Shown here: piece after piece, positions 56,202 to 64,000 of the stretch
How the letters are laid out: each line of letters starts with the position of its first letter
Position numbering within the stretch: the first letter of the stretch is position 1
Assembly: GCA_965197645.1 (NCBI GenBank)
Contig: OZ240219.1
Coordinates: 2,432,001-2,496,000, forward strand
Source: Dehalococcoidia bacterium
GTDB taxonomy: Bacteria; Chloroflexota; Dehalococcoidia; Plut-88900
Direction of reading: 5' to 3'
DNA: 64,000 nt
Made by a program: the position numbers and the translations under genes
The notes under the pieces: model-generated
Told to the model about the DNA's origin: nothing
Database searches by the model: none
Seen by the model: the letters and a program-made list of their open reading frames with translations, nothing else

Positions 56202-58043
56202 TCAGCCGCCTATTATATCCGATTCCGTCGGAGTAAGTGAGCCTCTGTGAATACTTCTCAGCTGGGTGTTGATATCCAGCCCTTTTCTCTGGATAGCCGC
56301 CGCCTCCTCGCGCTGCACCTCCTCCTGGTCTAGGAAGTACTCTTCCTGATTCTTGAGTTGCTTGAGCCTCTGTTCCCGCAGGCGCTTTTTGCACTGGCTC
56401 AAAGCGGCGCGGAGTTCCGGTATCCCGGATGGCGGCAGCTCCCGGGCCATCAGCTCGTCCAGATGGTCCAGCAGCGATTCGGGGACCGCGTTTCTCATCT
56501 CATCCGGGTTGGCGCTGGTGCAGTAAACCTGAAACAGCTGCCGGTGCTCCGTCCTGCCGAAATCGTCGGGGCTCAGGCCTTGGATGTCCGGTCTCAAATC
56601 GGGATAATGAAGGAGAAGGGCCAACGTGTACTGCTCCAGTACCGAGCCTTCATCAGCGACGGGGACCGGCTCAGGACCGCTTCCAGCCTTACTTCGGTAG
56701 GTGGCGGCCTTCCGTGTACGAGGTTGCCGCGGCCTCAACCCAATCTTTATCGTTCCTCCTTCAACCCCCAACACCTGGGACAGCTTCTGCACGTATCTAT
56801 CCTGGTCAAGGAAGTCCATGGTGACCAGCAGAGGCGAGACCCGTTCGAGGACTCCCGATCGGGCGCCCGGTGCGTCCAGGTCAACCCTAGAGGCCAGTGT
56901 CTGAATGATGTAGTCCATCAGGGGGACTGTGTTTTCCATCAGCGATATCCAGGCTTCCCGGCTCTCTCGTATAACGTCGTCCGGGTCTTGGCCTGTGGGC
57001 ATCGTTATCACGTCCACAGTATGCTGGGGCGGCCCCTCTAGAAACCGCGGTCCTCTTCGGCCGGTCTGGTGCACCCGCCGGCTGAACGCGTTCCACGAGG
57101 ACTCCAGGCTGCGAAGCGTCGCTTCCTGGCCCGCCGTGTCCGAGTCCATGGCCAGAGATATCCTCTTCGCCAGCCGTTTCAGCGTATTCACCTGATTTTC
57201 CGTCAGTGCCGTGCCCATGGACGCCACCGCGTTGCGAAAGCCGTGCTGATGGGCTGTCAGCACGTCGGTATACCCCTCCATCACAATGGCCCGGCCCTCT
57301 TGGCGAATGCCCTCCCTGGCCCGGTCCACACCGTATAGTATCGAGCTCTTATCGAACAGGTCGGTTTGAGGCGTGTTGAGATATTTGGGCATGACGTCCG
57401 TCAGCGACCGACCACCGAACCCGATGTGCCGGCCCCTATCGTTCCGGATGGGGAACATCAGACGGCCTCTAAAGAGGTCCCTGGTCGAACGATCCTCTGT
57501 TGTCGTTACTAGGCCTGCCGCCACCAACTCCTCGGATTTGATGCCTTGTCCCTTCAAGTGAATCGACAGGGTGTTCCCGCCTGCAGGGCTGAATCCCAGC
57601 TGGAACCCCTCTATGCTCTCCGAGCTCACCCCTCTTTCCTGTAGGTAGTTCCTGGCCCCTTTGGCCTCGGGGGACTCGGCAAGCTGTATGTGAAAGTAGT
57701 CCGCGGCGGCCTCGTTTATCTGGTGAAGGCTCTTCCGAGCTTCGTCCTTTCCCTTGCTCCTTTGTGTCAGCTGCACCCCGGCCCTATCGGCCAGCTCCTT
57801 AAGGGCCTCGGCGAACTCCCACCCCTCCTTTTTCATGACGAAGGAGATCACATCTCCGCCGGTACTGCAGGCCCCGAAGCAGTGCCACGACTGCCGCTCC
57901 GGCGATACGTGGAAGGAGGGAGTCTTCTCTGAATGGAACGGACACGTCGCCTTGAAGTTGCGCCCCGCCTTCTGCAACGACACGTACTGGGAGACCACGT
58001 CCACTATGTCCAGCCGGTCTTTGACCGTGTCTACATCACTCAT
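56202..58043 (-). CDS. dnaG: DNA primase
   Basis: [36 protein letters not shown] and DPD. Confidence 0.97.
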   Translation of the reverse strand: MSDVDTVKDRLDIVDVVSQYVSLQKAGRNFKATCPFHSEKTPSFHVSPERQSWHCFGACSTGGDVISFVMKKEGWEFAEALKELADRAGVQLTQRSKGKDEARKSLHQINEAAADYFHIQLAESPEAKGARNYLQERGVSSESIEGFQLGFSPAGGNTLSIHLKGQGIKSEELVAAGLVTTTEDRSTRDLFRGRLMFPIRNDRGRHIGFGGRSLTDVMPKYLNTPQTDLFDKSSILYGVDRAREGIRQEGRAIVMEGYTDVLTAHQHGFRNAVASMGTALTENQVNTLKRLAKRISLAMDSDTAGQEATLRSLESSWNAFSRRVHQTGRRGPRFLEGPPQHTVDVITMPTGQDPDDVIRESREAWISLMENTVPLMDYIIQTLASRVDLDAPGARSGVLERVSPLLVTMDFLDQDRYVQKLSQVLGVEGGTIKIGLRPRQPRTRKAATYRSKAGSGPEPVPVADEGSVLEQYTLALLLHYPDLRPDIQGLSPDDFGRTEHRQLFQVYCTSANPDEMRNAVPESLLDHLDELMARELPPSGIPELRAALSQCKKRLREQRLKQLKNQEEYFLDQEEVQREEAAAIQRKGLDINTQLRSIHRGSLTPTESDIIGG

Positions 58044-58053
58044 AGGACTTGCT

Positions 58054-59109
58054 CTAGTCCACCAGGATCAGGTCCAGCTCCTCCGCCGTTCGCAGAGCGA
58101 ACCGGTCCGTCATGCCGGATATGTAATCCACCGCTCTTCGCTCCACCGACTCACCCTTGCGATGGTACTCCCGAGGGATCTCTTCGGGATGCTCGGTAAA
58201 GTGCCGGTACAACGCCCTGACCGCCTCCCGAGCCTTGCTCGCCTCCTCGCTGGCGCCGCTGGCATGGTACACCTTTTCAAACAGAAAATTTCGCAGTAGG
58301 TTAGCCGCGTTTCGTACCGGCTCGCCCATGGTGATGACCGGCTCCTGCCCAGGTTCAAGAGATTCTTCCCCGCTGGCGGCCCACGAGTGTTCCACCACGT
58401 CGGTTACAACGGTGTTTATCCGCTCCGAGTTGGTCTGTCCCAGCACTCCGGTCACCTCCGAAGGCAGGTCTTCCTCGGTGACCAGGCCGGAGCGAAGGGC
58501 GTCGCCGGTATCGTGGTTGATGTAGGCCAGCGCATCGGCCAGCTTGCACACCTGGGCTTCCAGCGTCGGCGGCTTCTTCCAATCCGCCTCCAGAATCCCC
58601 AGGCTCGACTTGGAATGGGTAACGATACCCTGCCTCACCTCCCAGGTGAGGTTCAGCCCCTTACCGCCCTTCTCCAGGTGGTCCACCAACCGCAGACTCT
58701 GCAGGCTGTGACGGAAGCCGGGCGAGTACAGCTCGGTCAGGACGTCCTCGCCAATGTGCCCGAAGGGAGCGTGCCCCAGATCGTGGCCCAGCGCGGTCGC
58801 CTCCACCAGGTCCTCGTTCAGATTCAGGGCCCGTGCTATCGTACGGCCTATCTGGGCGACTTCGAGGGTATGAGTCAGGCGGGTGACGTAGTGGTCACCC
58901 AACGGCGCGATGAAGACCTGGGTCTTGTGCTTCAGCCGCCGGAAGGCCTTGGTGTGGACTATCCGATCCCGGTCCCGCTGGTACTCGGTGCGCAGCGGAC
59001 TCGGCTCTTCTGGGACCTGCCGGCCCCTGGAGAGACGGCTCCTGGCCGCGAAGGGAGAAAGGGCTTCCTCCCTTTCTTCTAACCGCTGCTGAACGTTGAT
59101 ACAGCTCAC
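58054..59109 (-). CDS. dgt: deoxyguanosinetriphosphate triphosphohydrolase
   Basis: RDRDRI, FRRLKHKTQV, RLTHTLEV, HDLGH and DYISGMTD. Confidence 0.92.
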   Translation of the reverse strand: MSCINVQQRLEEREEALSPFAARSRLSRGRQVPEEPSPLRTEYQRDRDRIVHTKAFRRLKHKTQVFIAPLGDHYVTRLTHTLEVAQIGRTIARALNLNEDLVEATALGHDLGHAPFGHIGEDVLTELYSPGFRHSLQSLRLVDHLEKGGKGLNLTWEVRQGIVTHSKSSLGILEADWKKPPTLEAQVCKLADALAYINHDTGDALRSGLVTEEDLPSEVTGVLGQTNSERINTVVTDVVEHSWAASGEESLEPGQEPVITMGEPVRNAANLLRNFLFEKVYHASGASEEASKAREAVRALYRHFTEHPEEIPREYHRKGESVERRAVDYISGMTDRFALRTAEELDLILVD

Positions 59110-59202
59110 TCGGAGTAGTGGGACCGGCGGAACAAGGGCCTAAGAACGAGCGTAACAGGTGTCGAAAATCGAAGGAGAACGGGGTCGAGTAACCACCCAT
59201 CA

Positions 59203-59231
59203 ATCATAGCACCGCCGGATAGGAGGGTCAA
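59203..59231 (-). promoter_or_regulatory. sigma70 promoter of dgt-dnaG-rpoD
   Basis: TTGACC-N17-TATGAT with an extended TG. Confidence 0.6.
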
Positions 59232-59272
59232 CGAAATCGGTTAAATTTGTTTTGAAATCGATATAAAGATTG

Positions 59273-59302
59273 TTGACCCGTCACCTGGTCTACCGGTATA
59301 AT
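59273..59302 (+). promoter_or_regulatory. sigma70 promoter of the pur operon
   Basis: TTGACC-N18-TATAAT after an AT-rich tract. Confidence 0.6.
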
Positions 59303-59375
59303 GCCCACGTTTCCCCGGTTTCCACTCAAGGGTTGGCACTAGCGGGAGAAAGGAACCATCTCGCACCAGACGCAG

Positions 59376-60770
59376 ATGGTCGATAAGCCCAGGGAGGCCT
59401 GCGGGCTCTTCGGTATCTTCGCACCCGGAGAGGACGTAGCCAGGCTTACCTTTTTCGGGCTCTTTGCCCTTCAACATCGCGGCCAGGAGAGCGCCGGCAT
59501 CGCCACGGCGAACGGCGAGCACCTCCGCACCCACACCTCGATGGGCCTCGTCTCCCAGGCATTCGATGAAGAGTCCCTCCAGGGTCTGACCGGTCACATA
59601 GCCATTGGCCACACCCGATACTCCACCACCGGGTCCAGCAAACTGGCCAACGCCCAGCCCGTCAGGGTCAAGAATGGCGCCACCGAGATCGCCGTGGGCC
59701 ACAACGGCAACCTCGTCAACTCGGAACAGCTCCAAGGAGAGCTGATCGACCAAGGAGTAGAGTTCGAAGGCAGCACCGACACCGAAGCAATCGCCCAGTG
59801 GCTGGTCCACGCGCCCGGTAAGACGTGGCCCGATAAGATCCGCTACTGTATGAACCGGTTCCAGGGCGCCTATTCCCTGGTCGTGCTGACACCCGACTCG
59901 CTCATCGGCATCCGGGACCCGCTGGGCGTTAGGCCTCTTGCCCTGGGCAAGCTGAACAACGGATGGGTCCTGGCATCCGAAAGCAGTGCGCTGGACCACA
60001 TCGCCGCCGACATGATACGGGAGGTGGAACCCGGCGAGGCGATTATCATAGATCAATCCGGAATGCATAGCTTCAAGCTCCAGGACCTGGAACGGCAGGC
60101 CCTCTGCATCTTCGAGCATATCTACTTCGCCAGGCCTGATAGCATCGTAGGCGGCAAACTGCTCCACCTGGCGAGGCAGCGCATGGGTGCCCAACTGGCC
60201 ACTGATCACCCGGTTGACGCCGACTTGGTGATCGGCATACCCGATTCGGCGATAGCGGCGGCCATCGGTTACGCCCGTGAGTCGGGCATACCTCTCGGCG
60301 AGGGAGTGCTCAAGAACCGGTACGTCGGCCGTACCTTCATCCAGCCCGACCAGCGCATCCGGGAACTGGGAGTGCGCCTCAAATTCAACGCCATGTCCGA
60401 GGTCCTCGAGGGCCAGAGGGTGATCGTGGTCGACGATAGTATCGTCAGAGGTACGACGACCCCCCACGTGGTCGGCCTGCTTAGAAAGGCGGGCGCCACC
60501 GAGGTACACATGCGGGTCTGCGCTCCGCCCATTCGCTATCCGTGCTTCTTCGGCGTGGACTTCGCGACCCGCAGGGAGTTGATAGCCTCTCAAAACACTG
60601 TCGATGAGATACGCAAGTTCATCGATGCCGACTCCCTGGGTTATCTCAGCGTCGAAGGTCTGATCAAGGCGGTGGGTCTGCCCGATAACAAGGTCTGCAC
60701 GGCCTGCTTTACCGGCGCCTACCCAATCCCGGTTCAGTTGGAGATGGACAAGCTTGCCCTGGAGGCCTAG
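59376..60770 (+). CDS. purF: amidophosphoribosyltransferase
   Basis: Propeptide followed by CGLFG, QHRGQESAG, GHTRYST, VVDDSIVRGTT and CTAC. Confidence 0.97.
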   Translation: MVDKPREACGLFGIFAPGEDVARLTFFGLFALQHRGQESAGIATANGEHLRTHTSMGLVSQAFDEESLQGLTGHIAIGHTRYSTTGSSKLANAQPVRVKNGATEIAVGHNGNLVNSEQLQGELIDQGVEFEGSTDTEAIAQWLVHAPGKTWPDKIRYCMNRFQGAYSLVVLTPDSLIGIRDPLGVRPLALGKLNNGWVLASESSALDHIAADMIREVEPGEAIIIDQSGMHSFKLQDLERQALCIFEHIYFARPDSIVGGKLLHLARQRMGAQLATDHPVDADLVIGIPDSAIAAAIGYARESGIPLGEGVLKNRYVGRTFIQPDQRIRELGVRLKFNAMSEVLEGQRVIVVDDSIVRGTTTPHVVGLLRKAGATEVHMRVCAPPIRYPCFFGVDFATRRELIASQNTVDEIRKFIDADSLGYLSVEGLIKAVGLPDNKVCTACFTGAYPIPVQLEMDKLALEA

Positions 60771-60818
60771 CGGCATCCCGCTGCCCTCTCGGATGTTACT
60801 AACTGCCGGGACGCCGAT

Positions 60819-61838
60819 TTGAGCACCACGGAGCACAGCTACCGCGCTGCCGGTGTGGATATAGAGTCTGCAGACCGCGCCGTCGACCTGATCAAGAGCC
60901 ATGCCCGGACCACTTTCAACGACCGCTCCCTGTCCGACATAGGCGCCTTCAGCGGCCTATATCAGCTGGGCAAGTACCGAGATCCCGTCCTGGTCTCCAG
61001 CACCGATGGCGTGGGCACCAAGGTGCGCATAGCGTCCCTCATGGACCGCTACGACACCGTGGGCATCGATCTGGTCAACCACTGCATCAACGATGCTCTC
61101 GTCTGCGGCGCACGGCCCCTCTTCTTCCTTGACTACCTTGCGATGGGCAAAGTGGAGCCTTCCAGGGCCGGTGATCTGGCCAAGGGGTTGGCCTCCGCCT
61201 GCCGCGATGCGGACTGCGTACTGATAGGCGGAGAAACGGCCGAGATGCCCGGCATCTACAGCGGCGACGACTTCGATCTGGCCGGGTTCATCGTCAGCGT
61301 TGTGGAGAGAGACGAGCTGATAGACGGCTCCTCCATCCGCTCCGGCGATACGATTGTCGGCCTCCCTTCCAACGGACTTCACACCAACGGTTTCTCCCTG
61401 GTGCGCAGGGTCTTCGGAATCGACGGTAACCCAGCGGTCCTTGATACCCACTTCCCAGATCTGGGCCGAACCCTGGGCGACGAGCTGCTGAGGCCTCACC
61501 TATCCTACCTGCCTCATCTGGAAGGTTGGTTGGGACCAGTGAAGGGGTTGGCCCACATCACCGGAGGCGGCCTGCCGGGCAACGTCCCCCGCATTCTGCC
61601 CGACGGCCTCGCCGCCCGTTTCGATGTGTCTGCCTGGGAGACTCCGGCCGTCTTCGAGCTGGTCCATGACAAGGGCGGCATCCCCATGGACGAGATGTAC
61701 AGGGTGTTCAACATGGGCATCGGGATGGTCATCGTCTGCTCTTCCACAGACGCCGATGATCTGGTGAAAGGGATTTCCGGCGCCTTGGTAATAGGTGAGA
61801 TCGTAGAGCAGCAAGAGGAGCGGCGGGTACTGCTATAG
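60819..61838 (+). CDS. purM: phosphoribosylformylglycinamidine cyclo-ligase
   Basis: YRAAGVDI, TDGVGTK, GGETAEMPG, HITGGG and FNMGIG. Confidence 0.97.
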   Translation: MSTTEHSYRAAGVDIESADRAVDLIKSHARTTFNDRSLSDIGAFSGLYQLGKYRDPVLVSSTDGVGTKVRIASLMDRYDTVGIDLVNHCINDALVCGARPLFFLDYLAMGKVEPSRAGDLAKGLASACRDADCVLIGGETAEMPGIYSGDDFDLAGFIVSVVERDELIDGSSIRSGDTIVGLPSNGLHTNGFSLVRRVFGIDGNPAVLDTHFPDLGRTLGDELLRPHLSYLPHLEGWLGPVKGLAHITGGGLPGNVPRILPDGLAARFDVSAWETPAVFELVHDKGGIPMDEMYRVFNMGIGMVIVCSSTDADDLVKGISGALVIGEIVEQQEERRVLL

Positions 61839-61845
61839 AGGTCCG

Positions 61846-63366
61846 ATGCGAGCGGTAATCAGCGTCTACGACAAGACGGGCCTCGTCCCCTTCGCCCAAT
61901 CCCTCCGCCGGCAGGGAGTCGAGATTTTCAGCACCGGCGGCACCCAGAGAGAGATGCAGGACGCCGGCGTCGAGGTCAAAAGCGTGTCCGCGCTCACCGG
62001 CTTCCCGGAGATCCTGGACGGGCGGGTTAAGACCCTACACCCCGTCCTGTATGGCGGCATACTGGCCCGCCGCGACCTGCCCGACCACATGGCCCAGCTC
62101 TACGAGCACAACATCGGGCCTATAGACATAGTGGTGTGCAACCTCTATCCCTTCGTCGAGACCGTGAGCAAGGCCGGAGTGACCCTCGAGGAGGCATTGG
62201 AGAATATCGACATAGGCGGCCCGACCATGGTCCGCGCCTCGGCCAAGAACTTTCCTCACGTAATCGTGATCGTCGACCCCGACGATTACAGCCTGGTAGC
62301 CGACAAGCTGTCCTCCGGCGGCCTGGACCTGAACGAGCGGAAACGACTTGCCCGGAAGGCCTTCCAACACGTGGCCCTGTACGACACCGCCATCTCCGGC
62401 TATCTGACCGGGGACGATGAATCCCTAGGCACCGAGTTGACCTTCGGCGGGGCCAAGCTACAGGACCTGCGCTACGGCGAGAACCCCCATCAAAGAGCGG
62501 CCTTCTACACTGACGTCCTGGGCGGCGGGACCGGTATCGCCGGCACCCGCCAGCTGTGGGGCAAGGAGCTCTCCTTCAATAACATCGTGGACGCTGACGC
62601 AGCCTGGAACGTTGCGTCCGACTTCGGTGCTCCCACCGTCGCCGTCATCAAGCACACCAACCCCTGCGGCCTCGCTTCTCACGACGACCTCACCGAGGCT
62701 TACAAACACGCCCTGGCAGGCGACCCGGTCTCCGCCTTCGGCGGCATCGTGGCCTTCAACCGGCCGTTGACTAAGGCTACCGCCGAGGAGGTATCAAAGG
62801 TCTTCTACGAGATCGTCATCGCCCCCGAGATCGAAGAGGCGGCCCTCGACATCCTGAAGAAGAGGAAAAACCTGCGTGTCCTCACCATCGGTGCACCGTC
62901 GAAAAGCCCCGCACTTGAGTATCGACGGGTCGGCGGCGGACTTCTGGTCCAGTCACGGGACACCTCGGAGGAAGACCTTTCAGGATGGGAGATTGTGACC
63001 AGACAACAGCCGACGGCTGAGCAGCTCTCCGACCTGGCCTTCGCCTGGAAGGCGGCCAAGCACGTCAAGTCCAACGCCATCGTGCTGGCCCGAGACGAGG
63101 CGCTGCTGGGCATGGGCGCAGGTCAGCCCAACCGGGTCACCAGCGTCCACCTGGCCCTGAGGGCAGCCGGAGATAAGGCCAGAGGCTCGGTGCTGGCCTC
63201 CGACGCCTTCTTTCCCTTCCCCGACAACATTGAGCTGGCTGCCGAGGGCGGGGTCGTTGCCATCATCCAGCCGGGCGGCTCCATCCGGGACCAGGAGGTA
63301 ATCGATACTGCCGACCAGGCCGGCATCGCCATGGTCTTCACCGGCGCCCGGCACTTCAAGCATTAA
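61846..63366 (+). CDS. purH: bifunctional AICAR formyltransferase/IMP cyclohydrolase
   Basis: SVYDKTG, GRVKTLHP, IDIGGP, RYGENPHQ, SDAFFPF and RHFKH. Confidence 0.97.
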   Translation: MRAVISVYDKTGLVPFAQSLRRQGVEIFSTGGTQREMQDAGVEVKSVSALTGFPEILDGRVKTLHPVLYGGILARRDLPDHMAQLYEHNIGPIDIVVCNLYPFVETVSKAGVTLEEALENIDIGGPTMVRASAKNFPHVIVIVDPDDYSLVADKLSSGGLDLNERKRLARKAFQHVALYDTAISGYLTGDDESLGTELTFGGAKLQDLRYGENPHQRAAFYTDVLGGGTGIAGTRQLWGKELSFNNIVDADAAWNVASDFGAPTVAVIKHTNPCGLASHDDLTEAYKHALAGDPVSAFGGIVAFNRPLTKATAEEVSKVFYEIVIAPEIEEAALDILKKRKNLRVLTIGAPSKSPALEYRRVGGGLLVQSRDTSEEDLSGWEIVTRQQPTAEQLSDLAFAWKAAKHVKSNAIVLARDEALLGMGAGQPNRVTSVHLALRAAGDKARGSVLASDAFFPFPDNIELAAEGGVVAIIQPGGSIRDQEVIDTADQAGIAMVFTGARHFKH

Positions 63367-63385
63367 GTCCAAGTAATCTGACTTC

Positions 63386-64000
63386 TTGAGCCAACGATTG
63401 ACCTCCGTAGACATAATACTGCCGGTCTACAACGAGGAGACTGGACTGCCCAACAGTGTTCGGGCTCTCCACTCCTTCCTCATCGAGCGCATGTCTTCGT
63501 ACGAGTGGCGCATCGTTGTCGCCGATAACGGCTCCGTGGACGGCACCCTGGACGTGGCCCGAAGCCTCTCGAAGCAGTACGCGGGCGTCGGCTATGCCCA
63601 CCTAGATCAAAAAGGGCGAGGCAGGGCGCTTCACAAGACATGGACCCAGAGCGATGCCGACGTCATCTGCTACATGGACGTCGATCTTTCCACCCGCCTC
63701 GATGGTTTCCCACCCTTGGTGAAGGCCATCGAGGACGGCTACGATGTCGCCGTTGGGTCCCGGCTGATGAGAGGCGCCAAGGTGGAGAAGCGCACCTTCA
63801 AGCGGGAGACCATCTCCCGCTGCTACAACCTTCTCATCAAAATGATGTTCCAGACCCGGTTCTCCGACGCCCAGTGCGGCTTCAAAGCGGTGAGCCAGAG
63901 GGTCTCCCGGGAGGTGATACCTCTAATCAAAGACCGTGGCTGGTTCTTCGATTCCGAGCTCCTCATCATCGCCGAGAAGAACGGGTATCGAATCAAGGAC
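63386..64000 (+). CDS. glycosyltransferase family 2 (polyprenol-phosphate glycosyltransferase-like), runs off the right edge
   Basis: Manual translation: VDIILPVYNEE, ADNGSVDGT, KGRGRAL, YMDVDLS, DAQCGFK and WFFDSELL; start uncertain (TTG 63386 or 63398). Confidence 0.88.
   Translation, partial: MSQRLTSVDIILPVYNEETGLPNSVRALHSFLIERMSSYEWRIVVADNGSVDGTLDVARSLSKQYAGVGYAHLDQKGRGRALHKTWTQSDADVICYMDVDLSTRLDGFPPLVKAIEDGYDVAVGSRLMRGAKVEKRTFKRETISRCYNLLIKMMFQTRFSDAQCGFKAVSQRVSREVIPLIKDRGWFFDSELLIIAEKNGYRIKD

Noticed and set aside
59241-60902. Long antisense ORFs (also 201..1355, 29696..31183, 35324..36637, 39636..40763, 42842..43813, 54524..55531)
   Set aside because: These are shadow frames of well-supported genes, expected in high-GC DNA, and show no recognisable motifs.
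61838-61846. Loss of purN between purM and purH
   Set aside because: pur genes are often dispersed, so absence from this window says nothing about the genome.

Overview
GC-rich bacterial window, most likely Chloroflexota (Dehalococcoidia/SAR202-like). This is inferred from the paralog expansions (luciferase-like monooxygenases, amidohydrolases, CoxL-like subunits) and from the housekeeping gene order. About 1-41.8 kb is a catabolic/accessory block: 3 MFS transporters, 3 amidohydrolases, 2 CoA-transferases, 2 thiolases, a fused hydantoinase/oxoprolinase, 3 LLM oxidoreductases, coxS plus two coxL-like genes without coxM, three tandem homocysteine S-methyltransferase paralogs, a sulfatase-like gene split by an in-frame TAG, and a divergent ureABC with no accessory genes. 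About 41.8-64 kb is mostly housekeeping: hspR-grpE-dnaK, udg, lysA-holB, ffh, alkA, dgt-dnaG-rpoD, purF-purM-purH and a GT2. I recognised no rRNA, tRNA, CRISPR array, integrase or transposase. The best leads are the urease-like enzyme with an altered substrate pocket, the methyltransferase array with His in place of a Zn-ligand Cys and visible duplication scars, the CoxM-less molybdoenzyme/LLM cluster, and a duplicated promoter flanking the amber-interrupted Thr-type sulfatase. All calls come from reading motifs by eye; no database searches were run.
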